This document shows, piece after piece, positions 29,773-38,880 of a stretch of 64,000 bases of DNA. Each line of letters starts with the position of its first letter. Positions within the stretch are counted from its first letter, which is position 1. The notes below the pieces were generated by a model, which saw nothing but the letters and a program-made list of their open reading frames with translations, did no database searches and was not told the DNA's origin. Source of the DNA: an uncultured Solirubrobacterales bacterium (lineage in GTDB: Bacteria; Actinomycetota; Thermoleophilia; Solirubrobacterales; Solirubrobacteraceae); NCBI GenBank assembly GCA_963812955.1, contig CAWEXC010000005.1:283638-347637 (forward strand), written 5' to 3'. The translations under genes were made by a program, and so were the position numbers.

Positions 29773-30503
29773 TTATGCTAATAGGCCCCAATCCACTTAT
29801 TTGCTTTCACATACCCCGGTTCTTTGCGCCTGTAAAACCACGCTGTGCCTTTAATCGTCGTGGGTTCCGAAAGGTTTCTAGTCAAAAGCTCACCTCTTTC
29901 CATTCTCCTTTCTTGATTAACCAGACTTTGTGATCGGATTGACGGGCATTAAGAAACCAAGACGTGGCTTCCACCTGGATCGTTTCTAACATTGATGATG
30001 TTCCGAGTCTCCCATTTTTTGGTGAACATCTGCAGGGGCCACCGAGCCTAGCACGGCGGTCTGACGTACTGTGCATCTTGATCCAGTAACGCCATAGCTA
30101 GGGATTCGGCACCTTTTTCCGGGAAGAACTCCGTCAAAAACGGGGTCTCTTCCCTTTTTCAAACTCCATCAGCTCCGATTTGACATTTTTGGTCACGATT
30201 GGTTCCGCGATCGCACAGGGACTGCCGTTGCTTCGATCGTGCAGTTGCCGTAGAATTCAACCACCTCGGTGCTTGCGCCAGGATTGGTTCACTCATTCCT
30301 GACAGCACTCCTTCCTTCAGTCTCGCCGGCACAACAGGAGATAGTCCTTCCGGCAGCCTTGAGCGTAAATTTAGGGGGTTGGCTTTGGCTGTCGGCAGTA
30401 GAGATCTCGGAGAAAACGAAACCCCATTACATCACTGCTAAAGTATATACGCGAATGCGCCGAGCGGTACGACTCGTATGGTTCATACCCGACTTGACTG
30501 CAT
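29773..30503 (-). pseudogene. Pseudogene paralogue of small secreted subunit C (37282..38088), with an internal 59-bp inversion
   Basis: Collinear nucleotide similarity to 37282..38088 from ATGCAGTCA to GCATAA; residual peptides IQVEATSWFLNA and KVWLIK; many indels and an early stop; 30392-30450 is the reverse complement of the homologous 37913-37970. Confidence 0.85.
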
Positions 30504-30570
30504 TAGTTACGCTCCTTTTGTCGTATCTCGCTCTGGGGTGCGCTCTTCGTCACATGCCCCGGACTGGTCT

Positions 30571-30613
30571 AATAAACAAGGGGGGGGCCGCCGCTTGCGC
30601 AGCGCCCCCCCTT
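30571..30613 (-). terminator. Intrinsic terminator after 30664..31548
   Basis: AAGGGGGGGG...CCCCCCCTT stem, followed on the minus strand by TTGTTTATT. Confidence 0.75.
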
Positions 30614-30663
30614 TATGTGCTGTGGTCCTTTTATTGCTGTGCTTTGCTACGAGTTGTGTGTGA

Positions 30664-31548
30664 CTATTCTTCTTCGCTTTCTCGGACGAATGCGGCGTTG
30701 GATACTTCGAGTGTGCTGTTGAGGATCGCGGTGTTTGTTCCCGCGGACGCTGGGAGCCCGAGTTTTGCATTGATGATTGGGTCGAGCAGGAATGAGAAAA
30801 AGCCGCCGCAGCCGGTTACTCCAGGGGCGGTAAACGTGTTATTGACGAGTCTGCTGTTGGCAACCTTTAGGATGCGACCTTCGGCTGGTGTGGTGATTGT
30901 TCCGAGTTTACCTTTTAGAGAGCCGGACGTTCCGGTTGTCAGTTCGAGGATGATCGGGTGTTCGTTGGAGCCGATGTAGCATTCTTCACCGAGCAACGGG
31001 TTTTCTAGTTTGACCTTGATCGGTAGGATCAGCGCAGGCCCGGTTTCGAGTTCGGCCTCGGCGAGACTTAGGATCACCGAGCTGGCCGGTGCGGCGAGTT
31101 CGGTTGTGGCGTTCACACCGGTGAATTTGTTTTCGAAGATCGCTTCGCAGCCGGCCCGCTCGAGTTTTTCGAAGAAGCCTTCGCCTTTGATTTCGTTGCA
31201 TTTGATCAGGTCGAGCAGCCCACCGGGGACTTTCTGCGGTGTTTTCGACAGTGTGTCACCGTTCGCCGCCGCAACGAGTTTTTTGACGCCGGGCTCAACG
31301 TTTTCCAACCCGCCCTGCAGCGTCTGTGTGTTCACGATTGGCACTTCCTGTTTCCCGATCGTGATCTCGCCGCTTTCCGTACGCGACACGACACAACCAC
31401 TGATTTCTTCATTACCGAGTGGGCACTGCGCGAACACGGCAAATTCGCCTTTCGGTGCCGCGAGTGCCGACGAGGCGCCGAGCACCGCGAGCGCCGCCGC
31501 GAGCACGCTCGCCACGACTAGCATATGACAGATACGATTTCGCAACAT
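30664..31548 (-). CDS. Secreted Cys-containing protein D (last gene of cassette 2)
   Basis: SD GGAAGGAAAGGA before ATG 31548; signal peptide ...ASSALA; FAQCP, LPIKVKLENPLLGEECYIGS...PI.L.LTTG, GCGG, LGLPA.AG.NTAIL. Confidence 0.82.
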   Translation of the reverse strand: MLRNRICHMLVVASVLAAALAVLGASSALAAPKGEFAVFAQCPLGNEEISGCVVSRTESGEITIGKQEVPIVNTQTLQGGLENVEPGVKKLVAAANGDTLSKTPQKVPGGLLDLIKCNEIKGEGFFEKLERAGCEAIFENKFTGVNATTELAAPASSVILSLAEAELETGPALILPIKVKLENPLLGEECYIGSNEHPIILELTTGTSGSLKGKLGTITTPAEGRILKVANSRLVNNTFTAPGVTGCGGFFSFLLDPIINAKLGLPASAGTNTAILNSTLEVSNAAFVRESEEE

Positions 31549-31629
31549 TCCTTTCCTTCCTTTCGAGCTACGGACACCACACGCCATGGCCGGGTGAATG
31601 TCTGTTCATTGATGAGTTGCTGCTACTCA

Positions 31630-34605
31630 CTACTCCTTCTTCTTCTTTGTTTTCTTTGTTTTGGTTTTTCGCGTGAGCTTGGTTTTTATCTTGGGACAGC
31701 CAATGACCTTGATTTTTGTGTTCTGTTTGATCACAGCGCCATCCTGCGCGGTAAGTTCGGTTGGTATGGTCAGCGAGCCTTTGCAGAGGTTCGCGCTGTT
31801 CGCAGTGAGCGCTGAGTAGGGGCCCTCGGGGAGGTTCAGTTCGAAGCTCGAGAACGGCGCGTCCGGAACCTGATTGAATGTGGATGTGAGGACGCCCTTT
31901 TTGGAGATTGCTGTTTCGCCGTGCAGGTAGATTGTGACGTTGCCGCCTTTGAGTTCGATGACCAGTTCGGGGTATTTCGCTCCTCCGTGAGAGACGAAGA
32001 ACGCCGGGCCGCTCAATGGTGTAGGCAGCACCGGCGTCTTCGTCGTTGCCTCGCCGATCCTGGCAGCGGCGGGGCAGCTCGCGGGGTTTTCCGCGAATAT
32101 TTTTTCCGGGCACGCCTTCTGTAGGGTCGTCAGGCGTGCTGGCAGCTTCGCGGGTAGGCTGACCTTAACTTTGGCGATGTCCGCCTCGGTGCCTAGCGGG
32201 GTGCTGGGGTAGGTCACGGTCGTCTTGAGGCTGGCGCCACCGGTGCGGGTGTTGTGCGCCGCGGTGGAGGCGGCGAAGACGGGTTTGAACGCGAGCGCCG
32301 CGCAGTCGGTCACCTGGAAGGGGACGGGCAGCGACGCGGAGGCGCCTTCGGCGCTTGAGAGGCTGCCTTCGATCTGCAGCGGGTCGCAGTTGGTCGGGTT
32401 GAACGTGAACCCCGCGCGGTCGATCGTCACATTCACGTGCTTGATCTGCAGCGGAATCCCTTCGAGGATCGTCGGGATCGCAAACCCTTCCGATCCCGAG
32501 TTCGCGATCGCCGTCAACGCCGAGGTGATCGAGTTCACCTCGACCCTCGCGCGAACGACCAGGCAATCGCACGCCGGGTGATGCGCAGCCGTGTGCTCGA
32601 GGTCGAACGGCCCGGCCTTCGCGGGGTTGACGATCGACAGCCCGTACGGTGCACCGTGGTAAGCGCCCGTGATATACACCCTGCCGCCCGTGACGGTGTA
32701 CGGGTCACCGCCGAGACCGACGCTGACCGTCGTTTTGCCGATCAGGCTCGCCGAGCCGCACGTCCCTTCGCCTGCCTGCGGTTCTTCGCAGGGTATCACG
32801 CTGGAGAGCATCCCCAGTAGCCCCGGCGGCAAGTGCAGTTGGATGCCCTGCAGCTGCTGGTCGCCGTCTTCGCGGCTCATCGTCATTGTAAACGGGGTGA
32901 ACGTCCCCGCCTGGACGTTCGCCGTGCCGGCCGTCAACGACGGGCTGAACGGCGGCGGGTCGCTGCACGAGCTCCCGCCGGGACCCGAGGTGATCTGGAA
33001 GCTGGACGACGGAGCCTTCGTCGACTCCGGCCCCGACCACGGCGTAAGCGACGTCGTGGTCATATAGGTGCCACACAACGTGGGTGTCGCGAGCGGCGCA
33101 CGTTCGGTGCCAAAGAATTCGACCCTTACTTCGCTGACGGGGAACTGCGGGACATTTTCGAACATCGTCATCAACTGGCCCGTTTCCAGGTTCGGGGTGA
33201 CGCTGCCTGCGAGCTTGACGACCACACCCGTCGCCGGTTCCTCAGCGACCAGATACAGCGCGATCAAGCTCCCGAACGGGTTTTCGAGCGGCGCCCCAAA
33301 GCTCTGCGGAGCAGCGAGATAAATGGCGCCTTCCAGTTCGTGTTCCAGCAGCGGCGTCCTTACCCACACTGTCGCTACCTTCGATGCGTTAGGGCAATTA
33401 GCGGGCGCAGCCGATTCGAGGTTGATCCCTACTTCCCTCCCCTCGCGTTCTCGTTCTTCTTGCCCCGGTTCTCTACCGTGAAGCTGTGGGCACGCCTGTA
33501 GGCCATCAGCCGCACTAGGACTGATCTGCACCCCGGGGGGCAGCATCACAGTCGTATCCCTCATATCAGCCTCACCGAGCCCCACCGGGTTCGTCGTCGA
33601 TTCCTGCGGCACATGCACGCCAATGCTCAACCCCGTCGGCGTGCTCCCTTCCGTGCTGTCCGGCGCCACGTCGATCGTCGGACTGAAGTCGAGCTTATCG
33701 CAACCCGTCAACTCGGGCAACATCGCGTTCTTTGAGATTATGTTTTCCCCGGTCGCGAAGTTCCCAGGGTCATTCCAGCCATCGACGCTCAGCTTCACTT
33801 CCCGCGATTCCCCACACGAAGTAGGGTTCGTCAGGAACGGCTGCACCGGGATACCCGCCGGACAATCCCCGAGCGATTCTTCTTCGTTGTGTGGGGTGCC
33901 GCTTTCTTCTTCCTTTTCATTGGTGCTCGCGTCCTGGCCGAGGCATTTTCCGCGGACCAGATCATGACTTGGATCCGCCGGCACACCCCACACCGTAACC
34001 TTAACGCTGGCGACCACCGCGGCCTCAGTGACATTAGGACTGCTCGCTGTGATCCCGTAATCCTGACCCGTACGAACGGACGCATCCACGAGAACCGGGT
34101 GAATTTTATCTACCAGTACGCCAAGCTCGGCCGCAACCCCACCCGGTGGTTCCACGTTATACACGGAATCAGTATAATATGCGACCTTATCGACACGCTT
34201 GTGTCTCCGCGCGCTTACATAGCCTTCCGTTTCGCCAAGACCAGCTGTCGCCTCGCCCACCGCCGTGTCATCCGGGCACGATTTTTCAAGGAATTCACGA
34301 TACGAGCACCGCGGCACTGCAGTCGGATTGCCCACAAAGCCAGGGGGCAATTCGACCACGACATCCTTCACCCCCCCACCAGTCGCCATGAACGTCCCTT
34401 CCTTCTCTTCCGATTCGTTCATTATAATACTGCTCGTCAACGCGTACGGATGCGAGCCAGCCTGCGCATCAGGCGTCCCGTTCCTGTTGACAACCGACAC
34501 TTCGAAGTTCTGCACTCCAAAGCCCGCAGCGACCGCCCTTGGTGCACCCGCAATCATCACCCCGCCAACGGCGAGCAAGGCCAGAACCACACGGCGACCC
34601 GTCAT
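31630..34605 (-). CDS. Cassette protein B, copy 2: secreted ~990-aa four-repeat Cys-stapled protein with K-rich tail
   Basis: Signal peptide, QAGSHPY, four LP.G...C...CP..S.(V/I)G modules, NPTSC/TPTLC/NPTNC, ARLTTLQKAC, VPDAPFSSFEL.LP, tail GCPKIKTKLTRKTKTKKTKKKKE; ATGA overlap with protein A. Confidence 0.88.
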   Translation of the reverse strand: MTGRRVVLALLAVGGVMIAGAPRAVAAGFGVQNFEVSVVNRNGTPDAQAGSHPYALTSSIIMNESEEKEGTFMATGGGVKDVVVELPPGFVGNPTAVPRCSYREFLEKSCPDDTAVGEATAGLGETEGYVSARRHKRVDKVAYYTDSVYNVEPPGGVAAELGVLVDKIHPVLVDASVRTGQDYGITASSPNVTEAAVVASVKVTVWGVPADPSHDLVRGKCLGQDASTNEKEEESGTPHNEEESLGDCPAGIPVQPFLTNPTSCGESREVKLSVDGWNDPGNFATGENIISKNAMLPELTGCDKLDFSPTIDVAPDSTEGSTPTGLSIGVHVPQESTTNPVGLGEADMRDTTVMLPPGVQISPSAADGLQACPQLHGREPGQEEREREGREVGINLESAAPANCPNASKVATVWVRTPLLEHELEGAIYLAAPQSFGAPLENPFGSLIALYLVAEEPATGVVVKLAGSVTPNLETGQLMTMFENVPQFPVSEVRVEFFGTERAPLATPTLCGTYMTTTSLTPWSGPESTKAPSSSFQITSGPGGSSCSDPPPFSPSLTAGTANVQAGTFTPFTMTMSREDGDQQLQGIQLHLPPGLLGMLSSVIPCEEPQAGEGTCGSASLIGKTTVSVGLGGDPYTVTGGRVYITGAYHGAPYGLSIVNPAKAGPFDLEHTAAHHPACDCLVVRARVEVNSITSALTAIANSGSEGFAIPTILEGIPLQIKHVNVTIDRAGFTFNPTNCDPLQIEGSLSSAEGASASLPVPFQVTDCAALAFKPVFAASTAAHNTRTGGASLKTTVTYPSTPLGTEADIAKVKVSLPAKLPARLTTLQKACPEKIFAENPASCPAAARIGEATTKTPVLPTPLSGPAFFVSHGGAKYPELVIELKGGNVTIYLHGETAISKKGVLTSTFNQVPDAPFSSFELNLPEGPYSALTANSANLCKGSLTIPTELTAQDGAVIKQNTKIKVIGCPKIKTKLTRKTKTKKTKKKKE

Positions 34606-37121
34606 CGTCTCCCCCTCAATCCGGAACGCCTACTGGATCTCTTCGCCCCCGACCGTCCATGGGATCTCTTTGCCTTACCCTTGATTGACCTCTTCGCCTT
34701 ACGCTTGACACACTTGTCGTGCTCTCTGACGAGACCCTTCCTACATTTCGGCAGAACCACCGGGGATGAGGCAGGCGGCACAGGGTTCCCCGCACCCACA
34801 AACGTCGCGCTCGCCGGCGCCCCAAATACTCCAGGCTGCCCCGAAGTAGGCGGTTTACACGAGTCCGCGTTCCTGCACATCGGAGGGGCCGCCACAACCG
34901 GAAAACCACCCCCGACCCTCACGTCATACACGTCTTCACGAGAATCCGTATCCGACGGCACCAACTGATCGGCCGCTGCTATGAACACATCGTTCCCATT
35001 AACGCTTGCGTCCATGAAATGCGACCCAAAAGCCCCCGCCACATCAGAAACGGGAACTACACAACCACCACTAACCGCACTGAAACCAGGCGACGACGCA
35101 GCACACGAGTTTTCCCCTTTTGCCGCTTCCACCGCCGTCGCCACTTGCTCCCACTCGTACACATCTAGGCGACCATTGCTGTCATACGGTACCAACGTAT
35201 CCAAACTCTGGAAAAACACCCGTCCACCATTTTCGGACAAATTTCGCTGAAGATAAAAGGGCGTAGTTTCATCCACGCTGCCTTTCTCTTGGAATTCGTG
35301 CCCGCCGAGATTGGAAGGACCCACAGGCTGAGCACCCGAGGGATTACACGACACACACACAAGCGCCCCCGTCACCGCATCATACAGGTACACCTCGTGA
35401 CAGGGCGAAGAACTGGCGACTCCACTCACGGGATTAGTTTCTTCGCAATCCTCCGGTTCGACAGGCATGTTATCATACTTTGTGAGTTCTCTCTCCGATT
35501 CAAAGACTAGATGCGTCCCGTCGGACGTCACTCGAGCCGTATGTTGGCCCGGACCAAAGTCATGATTTTTATCTTCGTTGCCCGCCCAGTCGGCTTCATC
35601 GCCGTTGGTATTGTCTTCAGCCGTAAGCTGTATTCGAAAAGACTCGGCGCTCCCGGCGAGCGCTGCGATGAATCTCGGGGGTTGCCAACCAGCGGTACCG
35701 CGATGCTCGACATAGAGGTTACAAGTCGGTTGACTCGGGACCGCTTCGCTTTCTTCCTTTTTACAATTGCCGGGAGCAGCTTTCGCGCCCTGGCTGTTTG
35801 CCGTCTCGGTAAGCACTCCGTTTGCAACAAAGTAGACATATGACCCATCTTCGCTGGCCGTGATCAAACCGACGACCGCGCCTCCTTCACTGTTTTCCTT
35901 CGTCAGATCACTCAACGATCCCGTTTCCAGATCATATTCGTAGAGGTTCGCCGCATCGTCTTCTACACCGGTGTTCGCGTCATTCGTCAGCTCCACCTTG
36001 CTCGTGAAGAACACCCGGGACCCGTCCGTGCTCGCATCGCGGTAATACGCAAACGGCCATTTCGACGAATTTGGGTCCGTGCCCATCGGACCACTGCCGT
36101 TCGTCTTCTGCGACGCCGACACCTCTACCGTACACGCGTCCCCCGCCACCGCGCAATCTTCAACCGAGCTCGTCGGATTCTCACGCACATACACCTGTCC
36201 TTCCAGACCCGCGCTTAGGCCACCCCCTTCTGCGCCGGTGAAGAACACCCGCAACCCGTCTGAGGAAACAGCGTGCCACGGATTCCCGTAAGACACGGGC
36301 GTGCCTCCGTTTGCAGATGATCCGACGCTATCGACATGTTCAAGCGTCGTCCCTTTGGGCGGGACGTCGACTAGGTACAGCTTGCCGTCCGCCCACTCGT
36401 ACACATGTCCGTGTGTGTGTCCAGGCGATGCTCCACAGCATAGGCTCGCTTCCTGCTGAAAGACGACGTGGGTAAGATCGGTCGAGGCTCCCTCGGCCTG
36501 AGGAACTTCATCGTCCTGCGCTTTTGCAAAAGGTGCATATTCCTCGGTGGAGGGCGTGACGACGGTAACGGTCTTGTAGGAGCCGTCTTCCGTGTCGGCC
36601 ACATAGAGATTTGTGTATCCCGGGGGTTCGCCATTCAAAGAGTTATATGGGGTTTCCAGGATTCCGCTGGAAAGATCGGGCGTGAACAGGAGTTCCCCAA
36701 ACGCGGGATTTTTCAGAAGGATCGCATTATAGTCGGTGAAAGGTGGCGAGATGTTCCGCGTCGACCAGTCGTCCGCACCACGCCGCGAAAGATACCTGCC
36801 TTCCAACAGCGCGGACTTAGGATCTGCAAACGAGCCCAACGAGTAATACGTGATCGCTTCGCCAGAAACTGAGGCCCGGCTCTCGATGTATGTGACGCCG
36901 TTATCGTCCTTTGCAAGCGGCGAGACCATCTCATACGCACGGCAATCCGGAAGCACGTGCCCATAGGGCTGTTCGGCGCGAAACTGTTCGTTCGGACAAG
37001 GTGCTCCTTCCGCCGACGCCGAGCTTCCCGCCAATCCGCCTCCGGACATCACCATTACGACTACCGATATCAATGCAGGGTACGCAAAGCCATGAATGTC
37101 CAAGAAGTTCGTCCGTCTCAT
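34602..37121 (-). CDS. Cassette protein A, copy 2: secreted beta-propeller-like protein with K/R tail
   Basis: CPNEQFR, LPDCRAYEMVSP, S.DG.RVFF repeats, DVYEWE, DVYDVRVGGG, PASATFVGAGN, KCRKG..R..KCVKRK tail; alternative start 37145. Confidence 0.87.
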   Translation of the reverse strand: MRRTNFLDIHGFAYPALISVVVMVMSGGGLAGSSASAEGAPCPNEQFRAEQPYGHVLPDCRAYEMVSPLAKDDNGVTYIESRASVSGEAITYYSLGSFADPKSALLEGRYLSRRGADDWSTRNISPPFTDYNAILLKNPAFGELLFTPDLSSGILETPYNSLNGEPPGYTNLYVADTEDGSYKTVTVVTPSTEEYAPFAKAQDDEVPQAEGASTDLTHVVFQQEASLCCGASPGHTHGHVYEWADGKLYLVDVPPKGTTLEHVDSVGSSANGGTPVSYGNPWHAVSSDGLRVFFTGAEGGGLSAGLEGQVYVRENPTSSVEDCAVAGDACTVEVSASQKTNGSGPMGTDPNSSKWPFAYYRDASTDGSRVFFTSKVELTNDANTGVEDDAANLYEYDLETGSLSDLTKENSEGGAVVGLITASEDGSYVYFVANGVLTETANSQGAKAAPGNCKKEESEAVPSQPTCNLYVEHRGTAGWQPPRFIAALAGSAESFRIQLTAEDNTNGDEADWAGNEDKNHDFGPGQHTARVTSDGTHLVFESERELTKYDNMPVEPEDCEETNPVSGVASSSPCHEVYLYDAVTGALVCVSCNPSGAQPVGPSNLGGHEFQEKGSVDETTPFYLQRNLSENGGRVFFQSLDTLVPYDSNGRLDVYEWEQVATAVEAAKGENSCAASSPGFSAVSGGCVVPVSDVAGAFGSHFMDASVNGNDVFIAAADQLVPSDTDSREDVYDVRVGGGFPVVAAPPMCRNADSCKPPTSGQPGVFGAPASATFVGAGNPVPPASSPVVLPKCRKGLVREHDKCVKRKAKRSIKGKAKRSHGRSGAKRSSRRSGLRGRR

Positions 37122-37218
37122 AATCCCCCAGTCCCTCTCCCACATGTTGTGTCCCTCTCCCGCGTGTCACACATATTTTAGTGTCTAGCTATTTCTCATG
37201 GCATGTGTGGGGCGTAAG

Positions 37219-37252
37219 GGGGTACCAAGCCCAAGCCTGGGCCCGGTACCCC
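37219..37252 (-). terminator. Intra-operonic hairpin between subunit C and protein A (partial terminator or stabiliser)
   Basis: GGGGTACC..GCCCA....TGGGC..GGTACCCC; no U-tract. Confidence 0.6.
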
Positions 37253-37281
37253 GCGCAATTCAGTTCCAAATCAACTTCAAT

Positions 37282-38088
37282 TTATGCTAATGGGCTCCAA
37301 TCTATTTCTTCGCTTTCAAACACGCCATTTTTCTTTTTCGCCAGTAATACTAACGCCGTGCCTTCAAGTGTTGCGGGTTCTGAGAATGCAGTTAGACCAA
37401 CCGTTGCCGTTTTGCCTTCTCCGCCTTTTATTAACCAGACTTTTGTGATCGCCGACGAAGGGGCATTGAGCAACCAGGATGTAGCTTCTATCTGGGTAGA
37501 TTCTAATGTTAATAATGTTCCGAGTTCACCATTTTTGGGATCGGTTAGTACCTGGGCGGCTACCGAGCCCGACACGGCAGTAGTTGCCACCGTACACCCT
37601 GATCCAGTGAAATGCAGAGTCACGAATTCGGCACCTTTTTCCGGGAAGAACTCCGTCAAAAGCGAGCCTTTTGCCCCTTTTTCAGACTCGACCAGCTCTG
37701 ATTTCACATTGGCTGTTACGATTGGTTCCGTGACTGCACAAGGGCTACCATTGCCTTCCACCGTGCAGTTTCCGTAGAATTCAATCACCTCGTCATTTGT
37801 GCCGGGATTGGTTGCGCTGGAGCCTAACAGCACACCTGGGTTGAGTCTTGCCGCTAAGCAGGAAATGGTCCTACCGGCGGCCCTAAGCGTAAATCTAGGG
37901 TTGGCTTTGGTTGTATATATTTTTGCGGTGATGTAGTGGGTTTCGTTTTCTCCGAGGTCTCTACCGCCGATGCTCCATCTCGGCGCGTTTTCCGCCTGTG
38001 CCGCCGCCGCAGTGATCGCTCCGAATGCAAACACCGCCAGAAGGGCGAGCAGCAGGCTGCCCATCCGGGTTAATCGATATGACTGCAT
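37282..38088 (-). CDS. Small secreted Cys-containing subunit C, cassette 2
   Basis: SD AAGGAG; signal peptide ...AAAAQA; C.V..I.TANV...LVE...EF....G.EF.T...C...V.G shared with 46308..46994; AT-richer codon use. Confidence 0.85.
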   Translation of the reverse strand: MQSYRLTRMGSLLLALLAVFAFGAITAAAAQAENAPRWSIGGRDLGENETHYITAKIYTTKANPRFTLRAAGRTISCLAARLNPGVLLGSSATNPGTNDEVIEFYGNCTVEGNGSPCAVTEPIVTANVKSELVESEKGAKGSLLTEFFPEKGAEFVTLHFTGSGCTVATTAVSGSVAAQVLTDPKNGELGTLLTLESTQIEATSWLLNAPSSAITKVWLIKGGEGKTATVGLTAFSEPATLEGTALVLLAKKKNGVFESEEIDWSPLA

Positions 38089-38445
38089 TTGCTATGCTCC
38101 TTTTGTCGTATCTGGCCCTGGGGCGCTCTTCGTTCACATGTAGAGGCGTCCTGGGGCCTGTATGTCTCTGCTCCCTGCTCTGGCACGCAGAGGATTGGTT
38201 CGACCTCTGAAAACCAGCTTCACCGAACTGTGGCGACGCCGGTCCCTTCGAGGCCTCGGGGACCAGCCCGATCACGATCCGGGCGGGTCTGCCAGAGTAA
38301 GCTTGTCGTGATGTGCGGTTCTCGCCTTCCTTGCGGTCGCCTGCGGTGCCCACCCCGCCCTTGCGGCGGAGCTCGAACGATTCCGCCGTGAGGGCAGTCG
38401 GGCTCTTGGCGAGTCCGCTCTCTTGGTACGGATCGCATCGATATT
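38089..38445 (-). ncRNA. Candidate conserved structured 5' leader RNA, copy 1
   Basis: Homologous to 47007-47360; covarying long-range stem and internal hairpins (see findings). Family unknown. Confidence 0.6.
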
Positions 38446-38738
38446 TAGCACCCCTGCCCGGGGGCGTAGGGGGCGTCGTCGCGGGTGGCAGAGGGCCGCA
38501 TGAGCCCTCGGGCGGGGGAAAGGCAGCGATTTGCAGGGATTTTGATAACCTGTAGTGGTTGCATGCACGGAACAGCGGGATAGCCGCATATGTTTCTGAT
38601 GGCCCGTAACCCAACCCATCGGTGGCGCCGATGACGCCCGGGTATTCCCAGCGCCCGATCTCTCGCCCACGGTCGGGGGCACAGCAGAGTGCGTCCCACG
38701 CGAGAGGCAGAACGAGCGACTGGCGACCCGTTGGCATA

Positions 38739-38773
38739 TGTCAATGCTAGTTTATTTGGTAGGACTATGTCAA
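38739..38773 (-). promoter_or_regulatory. Cassette 2 promoter with overlapping box
   Basis: TTGACA (38773-38768), N18, TAGCAT (38749-38744), followed by TGACATAT. Confidence 0.75.
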
Positions 38774-38880
38774 GCTCCCGACCAAACAACTTGCGAATTG
38801 CTGGCGGACCAAGCCGTAGAACGTACTGCGAGCCGATTGGCGGGCTGTCGCCCTGGCCGCAGCGCCTCCCGCGAAGGGCC

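Noticed and set aside
29773-30503. Pseudogene/intact C pair as DGR template and variable repeats
   Set aside because: No reverse transcriptase in the window; differences involve all four bases, indels and an inversion rather than adenine-specific changes.
37961-38737. ORFs overlapping the conserved leaders (37961..38737, 38220..38438, 46846..47277) as leader peptides
   Set aside because: Frame and length are not conserved between the two copies; the similarity follows base-pairing, not codons.
38755-38776. ACTATGTCAAG as a dif site
   Set aside because: Only a partial XerD-arm resemblance with no XerC arm; better explained as the -35 TTGACA of the cassette promoter.
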